From the NCBI GenBank assembly GCA_026770705.1, contig JANJGN010000007.1, positions 96,658,001 to 96,722,000 of the forward strand: 64,000 bases of DNA, given 5' to 3'. Position 1 is the first letter of the stretch. Every line of letters starts with the position of its first letter. The position numbers and the translations under genes are program-made. The DNA is from Isurus oxyrinchus (Eukaryota). The notes below the pieces were generated by a model that did not search any database, was not told the DNA's origin, and worked only from the letters and a program-made list of their open reading frames with translations. Positions 12,901 through 24,415 of the stretch are shown piece by piece.

Positions 12901-15900
12901 ATAACATGCTACATCAAAGGTTATTGCAGAAAATTAAACCTCATGGTATAGGGGGTAACATATTGGCATGTATAGAAGATTGGTTAGATAACAGGAAGCA
13001 GAGGGTTGGCATAAATTGTTTTTTTTTCTGTCTGGCAGGATGTGATGAATGGTGTACCTCTGGGATCTACCTTTCACAATTTATATAAATGACTTAGATG
13101 AAGGGACCAAAGTAATTATGGCTAAATTTGACACAAACATAGGCAGGAAAGTAAATTGTGAAGAGAATGCAAGGAGGCTACAAAGTGACATTGATAGGTT
13201 AAGTTAGTGGGCAAAGACCTGGCAAATGGAGTATGATGTGGACAAATGTGAAATCATTCCTTTTGGCAGGAAGAATAAAAAGGAAGCTTATTATCTAAAT
13301 GGTGAGATATTGCAGAGCTCTGAGATTCAGAAGGATCTGGGTGTCTTAGTGCATGAATCAAAATTGGTTGGCATGCAGGTACAGCAGATAATTAGGAATG
13401 CCAATAGAATGTTATCATTTATTGTGAGGAAGATTGATTAGAAAAGTAGGGAGGCTATGATTCCATTGTACAAGGCATTGGTAAGACCACATCTGGAGTA
13501 TTGTGTACTGTACTGTTCTCTTTATTTAAAGAAAGATGTAAATGCATTAGAAGCAGTTCAGAGAAGGTTTGCTAGACTAATAGCAGAAATGGGTGGGTTG
13601 TCTTATGAGGAAAGGCTGGACTGGTAGGACTGTATATACTGGAATTTAGAAGAGCATGAGATGACTTATTTGAAACCTTTAAGATCCCGAAATGTTTTGA
13701 CAGGACGGATGTGGAGAGGATATTTCCTCTTGTTGGAGAATCTAGGTCTAGGGAGTCACTGTTTAAAAATAAGGGCTCGCTCATTTAAGACAGAGATGAG
13801 GAGAATGTTTTTTCTCTCAGAGGATTGTGAATCTTTGGAACTCTCTTCTCAAAAGGCAGTGGAAGCAGAGTCTTTGAATATTTTCAAGGTAGAGCTAAAT
13901 AGATTCTTGATTAACAACGGGGTGACAGGTTATCGCGGGTAGGCAGCAATGTGGGGTTGAGATTGTGTTCAGATCAGCCATGACCTTATTTAATGTCAGA
14001 ACAGGCTCAAGGGGACGAGTGGCCAACTCCTGTTCCTAATTTGCACTTTCGTATGTTCATATATATTTCCCGCGAGGGGAAGCATTCTCTCGGTATATGC
14101 TCTGTGAAACCCCGTCAGAATCTTTCACGTTTCAGTAAGATCGCCTCACATTCTTCTAAACTCTAATGAGTATAGGCCCAACCTACTCAAACTTTCCTTA
14201 TAAGATAACTGAATCAGACTAGGGAACGCTTTCTGAACTGCTAATGCAAGTATACCCCCCTCCTACAGTAAGGAGACCAAACTATACACAGTACTCTAGG
14301 TGTCTTGTACGTCTATTACAAGGAAACCTGCAAGCCAGATATGAAGATGATGGATATTACCACTGACTACTGGGAGACAGTCATTGACAGCCATTGACTA
14401 TTGGAAGCTAACTGTTTGGAAGGCCATTGGAAGAGGTGAGAAACAACGAAAACCTCAGCTGTCTGTGAAGAGAGCCCAGAGAAAACAGAGATGGACACAT
14501 CGTGCACCATCCCAGCTCAGAGTTTCTCTGTAGTAAATATGGCAGAGGCATGCTAGACTGTGGCTCCTGAGCCACAGCAGGTGATGCTTAACACAAACTG
14601 ACCACTACAGCACAAACTTTGGTAGTCAATATTGCAGGCTTTCATAAAGTCTAGGCGGGGCCTCAGCAATGCCCTATACAGTTGTAGCAAGGCGACCCTA
14701 CTTTTATACTCCAGTCCCCTTGCAATAAAGGTTAACCTTCCATTTGCCCTCCTCATAACTTGCTATACCTGCATACTATTTAGTCTGTTTCCAAAATCCT
14801 GGAACTCCCTCCCTAACAGCAGTGTGGGTGTACCAAGACCACATGGACTGTAGCGGTTCAGGAAGACAACTCATCACGAACCTCTTAAGGGCAATTAAGG
14901 ATGGGCAATAAATACTGATGTAGCCAGCGATGCCCACATCCCTTAAATGATTAAAACAAAGACAAGAACACCCCGAACCCTTTGTACCACAGCATGCTAC
15001 AGTCTCTCTTCATTTACGTAATATTCTCTTCCTGTTCTTCCTGCCAAAATGGACAATTTTACATTTTCTAACGTTATACTCCTGAAAACCGTTTGTCCAC
15101 TCACTTAACCTATCTATATCCTTTTTAGGCTCTTCCTTACAGTTCCCTGTTCTAGGGGCATAGGAAATAGGAGCAGGAGTGGGCCATTTGTCACCTCAAG
15201 CCAACTCCATCATTCAATAAGGTCAGGGCTTACCTTCAACCTCAGAGCCATTTTTCTGCACAATCCCCATATTCCTTGATATCTTTAATATCTAGAAATC
15301 TACCAATCTCTGTCTTGAAGACACTCTGTAAGCAAACCTCCATAGCCCTCGCAGATGAAGAATTCTAAAGGTTCTCCACTCCCTAATTGAAGAAATTCCT
15401 CCTAATCTCATTACTGAATGGCATACCTCTTGTTCTGAGACTGTGTCCCTTGGTTCTAGATCCTCTTATAGGGGAAGCATCCTTCCTGTATCTACCCTGA
15501 CGAGCCCTGTAAGAATTTTGTAAGTTTCAATAAGATCACTTTCCATTCTTCTAAACTCTGGAGAATACAGGCAGTGTCCTCAATCTCTCCTCAGAGGGCA
15601 ATCCTGTCATCCCTCAAATCAGGCTGATGAACCTTCATTACATTCAGTCTATGGCAAGCATAAACTTCCTTAGGTAAGGAGACCAACACTGTAGACAATA
15701 CTTTGGGTGCAGTCTCACAAACGCTCTGTACAACTGCAGGAACATTTACTCATGCCTCAAATCCTCTTGCAATAAAGGCCAACACCATTTGCCTTCCTAA
15801 TTGCTTGCTGCACCTGCATGTTAACTGTCAGTGACTTACCAAGAAGGACACTAGGTGCATTTTGATATTAACTATACCCCATCTCCCACCATTTAAGAAA

Positions 15901-18900
15901 TACTCTGCATTTTCTTTCCTACCGAAATGAAAAACTTCACATTTTTCCACATTATAATCCACCTGCCATGTTCTTGCCCACCCACCAACAGAGACATCAT
16001 ACTTCCAGTGTTATGTGGTAGATCTCCAAATGGTCCAGGCTTAAGGTAATTGCTCGCAGAACCTGCAAGTTAATATTAGAGTTGTTTTTTTTAGGCAGAA
16101 TGTACAATACACTGACAGATAAGGTGGTGGAAGATAGTTCAATGGTAAATTTCGGAAATACATTGGTCAAATACGTCCGAGGAGAGGGATGGGGCGGGGG
16201 GTGGTGGGGGTGGCGATGGTGCGGTGGCGTGGTGTGTTATATTGGTGGGGGGGTGTACAGTGGAAACACAGGTGTCGAAATAAGTGGATAGTAATTTCAA
16301 AGTGTAGGCAACGAATCAGGGACTTGGGGGAAGAATTATTGTGCTCCATTTGTGCTGTAGACTGTGTGTTTGAGCGATGTCTCATTGAAGAGCTGAGGAC
16401 AAAATGATGAAGATTTTAAGTTCTGCATTAATCGAAAATTTCACTACGAGCCTAATATTACACCCTGGGTATTCTCCTGGTTTCGGGTTTTATTATAATA
16501 TTTACTGGTTAGCAAACGTCAAATCTTCCTTCGGTGTCATATATCAACAAGTGCTGCTGAACATTATAATTTTGTCTTCAAACGCTCTTACCTATGGAGT
16601 TGACCTGGTGCAATGTGGTCGAAGATGATCATCATTAATATAACAATTACCAATATCGCCACAATGGATCGATAAATCAGGAGGACAGGAAGTACAAAGT
16701 GATAATCTGGAAAAGTATAAGGTAATCAATGACTTACAGTTCAAAGCCAGAAACCATCCCACCCTGGTAATATTTTTGACTACTGAACCCGGAATCATAC
16801 TTTATCCGCGTGTTGATTTCCATATCTATTTTGTGTTTTGCATAACAATGCAGTTCAACAAAGCATGGGCAGGCGGTGGTGAAGTGATAATATCACAGGA
16901 CTAGTAATCCAGAGGCCCAGTTTGCTGCTCTGGGAACACGGTTTCACAATTCACAATGGCAGCTGGTAGAATTTCAATTGAATTCAATTAGTAAATCTGG
17001 GATGTAAAGGTAGACTCAGTGATGGTGACCATGACATTTATCATCGATTGTCAGAAAAACGCACGTGTTTCACGAATGTCTGTTAGGTAGGGAAATTTGC
17101 GTCCTTAGCTGGTCTGGCCTACGTGTGACTTCAGACCCATAGCAATGTGGTTGATTCTTAACTGTTCCCTGGGTGGCCTAGCAAGCCGCTCAGTTGAAGG
17201 GCAATTAGGGATGGGCAACAAAAGCCCACATCGCAAGAAAGAATAATTTTTTTTCGCAGTTACAGTACATTATAATAAGAATTTCTCTGATCTAATTGTT
17301 ATTTGTCAATAAGTCATCAACACTTTGCTAAAGGTTGTCTCTGCCCGTTATGTTTAGTGATGCTATAAATAAAATCTTAAGAGCATTGCTTAAGCGTCCC
17401 TAGATATATTGAGAATACTAAACCTTAATAAGCGGCCAGGACTAATGCAGCTAATTAATACTACATACACAATGTGCATATTTGAGAAAAACACGTGCTG
17501 AACCTGACCTGGTAATGCTTCATGACTCCAAATGGTAAAACTCCTAATTATTTTCGCCTAACCTTCTAGCTGTTGATACTGCCATGTTTTGGTGTTACTC
17601 ATTCTCTGATCGGAAATCACTACGACATTTTAGCTTTAGCTGCAGTCGTTTGAAATAAAAAAAAACATTTTCATGTCCTCGATATGTTTTATTGACCAAT
17701 TTGGCAGTGGCCGGAATCATTTGTGATTTGCAAGTCATGGCGTAAGAAGACAGCATATGGTCGCTTGCAGAGGAGGGCTTGTAGATCAGTGAGTAGTGTT
17801 CCTGCCTCTGAATCGGAGGCTCAAGTCCAGGCCCCGCACTTGATAGCCAAGAAATGTGTGTTCTTAGTGCGGCCAAGTAAGTTGACACCCTGGAAATCCT
17901 TCCAACACACCCCAATGGCAAGTGGTAAGAGCAGGAGAGATTCCCGGTCAGCCGTGCGGTGGAAAGAAAGTTGGAGCCTCTACCATCACTATCGATAGGC
18001 CAAAAGTGCACGTTGCCACAGTGACTGGGACTCCTTGAGTGGTCTGCAACACACCGCCACCATAGCCGGTGCTTCGGATGTCACATTAGGAAAGATGTGC
18101 AAATAAATCGGAGAGATATTATTTTCACTCCTTTACTTTGTACAGTGTTAAAGTCAGGATTTGTGGATAAAGGTGAATATCGTACGTGATTGTGGCAGGC
18201 AACTATCATTTTTTTTACATCAGCTAGAATCGAATATCGTATATTGGGAAAATAAAACGATCCCGTTGTGTTCTCTGATAGAATACTGTATTTAATATTA
18301 TTACAGGTCAACTAGAATTGAGAGAGAATCACGAAACACCTTTTGGTGATTATCCTAAATCCACGTTATCTGCTAACCGATTCGCTACAGAGAATGCTCT
18401 TCTATTTCACTGGCCTTTCTCCTTCAACATTTCCAACATCCCATTAGGTCTCATGTTAATTGTCTTACCTGGATAAAATCTAGCACCCGGAATTCCTCGT
18501 ATTGGTTCCCACTGTAACCGAAAAGTCGCAGCTTTGATACAAAGGTAGTAAAAACATGTTTATAACACTATGTCCCTGACATTCTTTATTAAACAATTTG
18601 CCCAAATATGTAGATAAATTTCTAAGTGCACTTTATCCGACGCTGTGCATACGTTCAGAACTAGCTCGCTGATTTTGAACCCTAACTCCCCATTAAAGAA
18701 ACCTATTACCCCTTCCAGTATTTCTCCGCAGTTACTACCGTGTCACTGTGAAATATCTGTGAAGCAGCACTTTCACACAGGTTTTATTTTAAGTTAATTT
18801 GAATGTCTTTTTACTACTTCCGACTCATCAATTGTTACTCCTGCTACTAACATTTACGCGCCCGTTATTAATGCGGAAACAACTTAATCAGAGAGATTTC

Positions 18901-21148
18901 TGCCAAATTTGCTTCAACGTCCACATTTTCATAAAACCTTCTGAAATTTTCATCATTCTATGCACTTGAATGTTGTGTCTGTCTTTAAACTATCATTGGT
19001 AATGTTGCCTCAATTTTGCTTGGATAGTGAATCCACCCCGTCACATTACTTCGACTATGTTATCATTAATCACATTTCTGAACTACTTGCCGATTCGAAG
19101 GTACCATAATATAGTGGAAATTAAATTTAATAATCTCCTTACTTTTTCTTACATTTGTCCAATATCTGCAATGACAACTGAATTGCTGTGATATTAAACG
19201 ATATAACCTTTAAACCATAAACCACGTGTGAAATAATATTACCTACGTTGCCGACAGTGTAGCTGCCATTTGCTGGAACGGAGAGAGAAACGTGATAGAT
19301 TTGACACGTATAAACTGTCCCCTGCTCAACTGGTCGTGCCTCTTCTAAGGAGCTAATAACTTCATACAACCTCTCTGCCTTTTCCCGTTGTTCAATTACG
19401 AATCCTACTGTAATTTCGGTGCCGTTTTTACACCAGATGAGGTTAAAGTCCTTGGGGTGAAATTCAGCCGTTCGACACAGGAGTCTCAAGAAGATAGAAG
19501 TATCCCCGTCGAATGGTATCGAGACAATCTCCACGGGTACGGGGGCAACTAAATTAAACACAAACAAAAAATACATAGAAAGAGAGATAGCAATGCCTTT
19601 ATATATTTACTCTTATCTACGTTTCCCAGTGACAGTGTTCAGGCATCGTAGTTGGACCACAAGTCGTTGTTTATGTGAATGGGCCCCAATTAAATTTGTT
19701 CTTCACTGTATCGAGAAATATTATCCTCAGAGTTTCCCCCTTACAGCATTAACATATTACGTCTGTATTTAACAGAATTCATTTATAACATCAGACATTC
19801 TTTTAACCGTATCAATGGGGTCGAATTGGCATTCAGCGCTTGGGTCGTTTCAATAGTATAGGCCACGTTCTGGTCGAGCAATCACAACATCGTTTTCTTC
19901 GAGGTCAAAGGGATAGAATTTGGACCGCTGTCTGGGCTGCTACACCTGCGTTACGGTGCGTGCCTCGCCAGTCGCTGCAGATGGTGTTTCAACGGTTTTG
20001 TCCCGATCCCAAAAAACCGGAAGCACCCTGCCTCAATGATAGGAGTTGGGATCGTGCTAACCTCTTCTTTCAAAATAAGAGAGTCTTTAAACATGTGCTG
20101 TATTTCAGATACCACAGGAAGGGGAATAGGAATTTGGCTCTTTTTACGATGGAAGTATCCAGCCTGACGTAGAGTGCTCAAATTGAAAGTGTTCTTTAGT
20201 TTCCAGCCTTGAACTAATTTTCCATTATATAAAATACAACAAATAAGAAGAGGCAATAAAGGTCCGTAGACTTTGTTTTCAGAGCTTCTGGTGCTAGAAA
20301 TCTTCTTAATTCTTCAACGCATGTTGTTCTATGTATTGCACTCGAGAGCTGTATTTTTTATGCACTGATTTATTGATTGAAACGCCATTGGGATATTTGC
20401 AGCAACTAAACACTTCACCTTTCTAATTGCAGCACCACTTACCATATACAAGAAGTTGTACAGCAGCTCCTTTTCCAACCGTTCGTCGCTGATAATTGAC
20501 GACACAGTAATATGTCCCGGCATCCGGGACAGTCACATTCAGGAGATGCATGTACGCGCCGCCTCTCCTAACACTGAATATTTTCCGGTCGCCTTTTTGC
20601 AGAAAGCTCTTGTTACCATCTTTCCACCAGTGAGGGAGTACGTTCGAATGATCGAGATGAAAGGGGAAAGGACAACGGAAGGTAACGTTTGTGCCTCGAT
20701 TCGCCTTCTCTTGTACAATATCCGGAGTCACCGCGCCCCAACTGCACACAAAAACTATCAACAAAACGCGGATTAAATCGATCATATACAGAGAAAATAA
20801 TCGGCACCGCCAAAAATGCCATCGTTCGACCAGTCCATTAATACAATCGTAATTCAATGGACTTAGCTATCAGAATGGTCTCCAGTTTACCAATATGTTT
20901 TCCCAGTATCATAAGTAATATTGCCTTCCTTATTCAGTTACTCCCCTTTGTCAAATAAGACATGGCATTAAAACATTTAATCAAATTAAAACTGCAGAAA
21001 CAGTAGTTAAAGCGCATCAACTATAAGATGGCCTCCAAGCATCAGTTCTTGCTCAGAATGGTTAAATAATCAATAACAAATGTAAAAGTCTACCTGGATA
21101 CAAGATTCCCAAGAAGCACATGCCCCAAAGTGATCGAGGCTTTAACAT
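9871..21148 (-). CDS. Gene A: non-rearranging VJ-C1 immunoglobulin-superfamily membrane receptor (antigen-receptor/SIRP/NKp30-like); join(21148-21094,20754-20443,19548-19243,18531-18469,16706-16592,9985-9871), ~321 aa
   Basis: Six exons with GT-AG boundaries and matching phases (1,1,1,1,2) sum to 966 nt in one open frame: leader, V, C1, stalk, TM, tail. The V, C1 and TM exons are strong; the stalk and distal tail exons are less certain. Confidence 0.8.
10130..10400 (-). mobile_element. CR1 3' end (continues at ~14070 after a nested insertion)
   Basis: cataagaaataggagcaggagt...ggcccattgagc terminus typical of the CR1 copies in this window. Confidence 0.75.
10520..14060 (+). mobile_element. 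Near full-length CR1 LINE with an internal deletion near 11725
   Basis: ORF1 esterase (LVVGDRTVWGIDTVLC..LCCLSSARV) jumps to ORF2 (EPTRQQSILELVL); RT LDFQKAFD; 3' UTR. Confidence 0.92.
14070..15980 (-). mobile_element. Nested CR1 fragments interrupted by other LINE pieces (14300-14620 possibly RTE-like; 14790-14960 plus-strand LINE tail)
   Basis: LLQLYRALLRPRL motif; second CR1 3' terminus at ~15160. Confidence 0.75.
16489..16494 (-). terminator. AATAAA polyadenylation signal for the short-tail form of gene A
   Basis: AATAAA on the minus strand ~95 nt after the read-through stop at 16588. Confidence 0.4.
16592..16706 (-). CDS. Gene A transmembrane exon with intramembrane Arg (DYHFVLPVLLIYRSIVAILVIVILMMIIFDHIAPGQLHR)
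   Basis: Acceptor ttatacttttccag|, phase-1 start, ~25-residue hydrophobic run, donor AG|GTAAGA in phase 2. Read-through of the donor gives AGG TAA (stop 16590-16588). Not in the ORF track in this frame. Confidence 0.85.
16868..17245 (+). mobile_element. tRNA-headed SINE sharing its 5' head and 3' tail with the local LINE family
   Basis: Head ggactagtaatccagaggcccag, body tctggcctacgtgtgacttcagaccc, tail gggcaattagggatgggcaa. Confidence 0.85.
17765..18080 (+). mobile_element. Probable tRNA-derived SINE (different family)
   Basis: tRNA-like head (tagatcagtgagtag...gcctctgaatcggaggctcaagtcc). Confidence 0.45.
18469..18531 (-). CDS. Gene A candidate stalk exon (AATFRLQWEPIRGIPGARFYP), with an alternative acceptor at 18511
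   Basis: Consensus donor CAG|GTAAGA; acceptor ctttgtatcaaag| gives a 63-nt phase 1-1 open exon between C1 and TM. Confidence 0.5.
19243..19548 (-). CDS. Gene A exon 3, C1-set Ig domain
   Basis: LLCRTAEFHPKDFNLIWCKNG...YEVISSL...YTCQIYHVSL (C1 motifs FxP, W, YxCxxxH); acceptor tttaatttag|, donor AG|GTAATA; 306 nt, phase 1-1. Confidence 0.93.
20443..20754 (-). CDS. Gene A exon 2, V-set Ig domain with built-in J-like G strand
   Basis: VTFRC...HWWK...LLNVTVPDAGTYYCVVNYQRRTVGKGAAVQLLVY; acceptor ttgttgatag|, donor G|GTAAGT; 312 nt, phase 1-1. Confidence 0.93.
21094..21148 (-). CDS. Gene A exon 1, signal peptide (MLKPRSLWGMCFLGILYP)
   Basis: ATG at 21148, hydrophobic leader, 55 nt, phase-1 donor CCAG|GTAGAC, 340 bp upstream of the V exon. 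Confidence 0.8.
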
Positions 21149-21249
21149 CTCGGCCAACGGAAAGAGGTAGATCACAGGGCTCTCCTGAGTGTGAAATGCA
21201 TGAGGTTATGGGGAACAGAACCTGCGTCTCCAATATAAACTCCTATTTA

Positions 21250-21261
21250 CATGTGACGTCA
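21250..21261 (-). promoter_or_regulatory. Gene A proximal promoter: full CRE palindrome TGACGTCA overlapping an E-box
   Basis: TGACGTCA at 21254-21261 and CATGTG at 21250-21255, ~105 bp upstream of the ATG. Confidence 0.5.
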
Positions 21262-22104
21262 GGAATCACATGGCGTCTCATTGACAGCGGAGAAATCTTC
21301 AGCGTAAAATCCGGGCATCAACAAGGACGAGTAGGCCGTATTTCCCTACAAAAAGGGAACTCAACAGCATTGTGCATGAGTTAATAAGCCATTAATTCGT
21401 TTTTTCTTCAGCTGCTCACATATATTTAGTATTTGGGGAATAATTGATTCTGAAGAACCAGCTCATTCCTAACCCAGAGACGAGTTTTAGCTTTCGGTCG
21501 GATTCGTGAACAAAGCATGTTTGGGAAACAAGGACGTCTCCCGGATATTTGGACAAAGCTCCGATTACCTGACTTCAAAACACAGTTCAATTTATCGGAG
21601 ATGAGACCACTAGAAGATCGGTGGAAATTCTCGGTTAGATCTTCACATTTAAAAAGATTGGAGCATTTTTTGATGATAGATTTTAGGCATTTTATTCTCA
21701 ACTCTGCAGAGACAGCTGCATCAAATCTAAGCTTCAATTAGCAGATCGTTTCTGAGTTGAGTCGAGTTCACTGGCAACAGGCCGTGTCAGTGTAAGATGG
21801 TCTCAGCCTGGAGAACCCGTCCGCAAATGGGTGCAAATTGTTGAATCTCCTGGAGACCAAACGCCGCAAGGGAGGACAATCACGTTGTTGAATCACTACG
21901 TTCAACCAATTTGTTCAGCGCTCCGTGCTTGGTCGCTTAAGAAAAGCATTAACCCTATCCCTAGAGTTATATTTACCCCAATTGTCCATAATGCCGATAT
22001 AAAAATGGAGTATCAGCTTCACGAATTATCGCCATATATCTGAGGGTAGGCCGCGCGAATTTGAACCACTGTTTGAGTTCTCCCGAGTCAGTATCAAATT
22101 TGTT

Positions 22105-24415
22105 TTTTTTTTAATTCATTCACGGGATGTGGGTTTTGCTGGCTGGGCCAGCATTTATTGCTCATCTCTAGTTGCCTTTGAAAAGGTGGTGGTGATCTGC
22201 CTTCTTGAACCTCTGCAATCCATGTAGTGTAGGTACACCCGCAGTGCTGTTCGGGAGGGAGTTCCAGGATTTTGACTCAGCGACAGTGAAGTAACGGTGA
22301 TATATTTCCAAGTCAGGTTGGTGAGTGACTTGGAGGGGAACTTCTAGGTTGTGGTGTTCCGATCCATCTGCTGCCCTTGTCCTTCTAGATGGTAGTGGTC
22401 GTGGGTTTGGAAGGTGCTGTCGCAAGAGCCTTGGTGAATTCCTGCAGTGCATCTTTTAGATGGTACACACTGCTGCCACTGTAGTGTGTGAAAGGAGTGA
22501 ATGTTTGTTGATGTGGTGCCAGGCAAGCGGGCTTCTTTGTCCTGGATGGTGTCCCACTTCTTCAGTGTTGTGGGAGCTGCACTCATCCAGGCAAGTGGGG
22601 AGTATTCCAGCACACTCCTGACTTCTAGCTTGTAGATGGTGGACATGCTTTGGGGAGTCAGGAGGTGACTTAATGGTGGCAGGATTCCAAGCCTTTGACC
22701 TGCCACAGTATTTATAAGGCTAGCCCAGTTCAGTTTCTGTTCAATGGTAACCCCCAGGATGTTGATAGTGGGGGATTCTGTGATGGTAATGCCATTGAAC
22801 ATCAAGGGTTTGTTTCTTGTTGGAGATGGTCATTGCCTGAAAATTGTGTGTTGCAAATCACTTTCACCTCACCTTGGGAGTTCAGCTCTTTTTTCCATGT
22901 TTGAACTGATGCTGGAATAAGATTAGAAGCTGTAATGAGATTAGAGCAGGTTATTGCTGAGCAAGTGCCGCTTGATAGCATTCTTGATGACCCCTTCCAT
23001 TACTTTACTGATGATTGTGGGTAGATTGATGGAGCAGTAATTGGCAGGGTTGCATTTGTTTTGTCTTTGTGTACAGTGCATACCTGGGCAATTTGCCACA
23101 TAGCTGGGTAGATGCCAAACTTGTAGCTGTACTGGAACAGCTTGGCTAGCGCAAGTCGTCAGTAATATTGCCAGAATATTGTGAGGGCTCATAGCCTTTG
23201 CAATATCCAGTGCCTTCTTCCATTTCTTAATCTCATGTTGAGTGAATGAGATTGTCTGAATATCTGTGGACCTATGGAGGAGGCCGAGATGGATCATCCA
23301 CTTGCCACTTCTGGCTGAAGATTGTAGCAAATGCTCCAGCCTTATCTTTTGCACTGTTGTGCTGGTCTCCTCCATCCTTGAGGATGTGGATCTTTGCAGA
23401 GCCTCCTCCTCCAGTGAGTTGTTTAATTGTCCACGACCATTCACAACTGGATGTGGCAGGGCTGCAGAGCTTAAATTTGATCCATTGATTGTGGGATCGC
23501 TTAGCTCTATCAATCACTTGCTGCTTATGCTGTTTGGCACACAAGTGGTCCTGTGTTATATCTTCACCAGGTTGACACCTCATCTTTAAGCATGCCTGGT
23601 GCTGCTTCTGGCATGCCCTCCTGCACTTTTCATTGGACCAGGATTGATCCCTTGGCTTGACAGCAATGACAGAGGGGAGGATATGCCGGTTTATGAGGTT
23701 ATAGATTGTGTTTGAGCACAATTCTGCTGCTACTGATGTCCCACATCACCTCATGGATGCCCAGTGTTAATTTGCTAGATGTTTTCGAAAACTATCCCAT
23801 TTAGCATGGTGGTAGCGGCATACAGCATGATGGAGCATAGCCCCAATGTGAAGATCTCGTCACAGTGCGATGGTCACACCTATCGATATCATCATGGACT
23901 GATGCATCTGTGGCAGGCAGTTTGGTGAGGATGAGGTGAAGTAGGTTTTTCCCTCTTGCTGGTTCCTTCACCACCTGCTGCAGATCCAGACCTTCAGCAA
24001 TCGGCCAGCTCGGGAGTATGGTGGTGATGCCGAGCCACTCTTTGTGTTGGACATTGAAGCCCCTCACCCAGAGTACATTCTGCAACATTGCCACCCTCTG
24101 TGCTTCCTGCAACTAGTGTTCAAAATGGAGAAGCACTGATTCATCAGCTGAGGGTTGGCGGTACGTGGTTATCAGCAGGTGATCTGCTTACCCATATTTG
24201 ACCTGATGCCATGAGACCTCAGGGCAGGTAGAAATGACGTTGAGGACTCCCAGGGCAACTCCCTCCCCACTGTCTACCGCTGTGCCGCCACCACTGCTGG
24301 GTCTGTCCTGTCAGTGGGACAGAACATACCCAGGGATTGCGATGATGGTGTCTGGGACATTTACTGTAAGATATGATCACGTGAGGATGACTATGTCATG
24401 CTGTTGCTTGACTAT
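22105..24415 (-). mobile_element. CR1-group (L2/Crack-like) LINE, internally deleted
   Basis: VRSVLEYSPLAWMSAAPTTLKK and NPANYCSINLPTIISKVME motifs; 3' tail at 22105. Confidence 0.9.

Noticed and set aside
17595-17640. Acceptor-like site followed by LKLKCRSDFRSENE*
   Set aside because: Open only in phase 0, and it lies upstream of the TM exon; it does not fit the gene A phases.
18744-18750. CACTGTG heptamer in a gene A intron
   Set aside because: No nonamer at 12 or 23 bp; it lies downstream of C1.
19951-20256. 101-aa ORF with a signal-peptide-like start in the V-C1 intron
   Set aside because: No recognisable domain or splice support; likely chance.
20741-20745. tgtgtgcag| as the V-exon acceptor of gene A
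   Set aside because: It would need phase 2; the leader ends in phase 1, which fits only the AG at 20755-20756.
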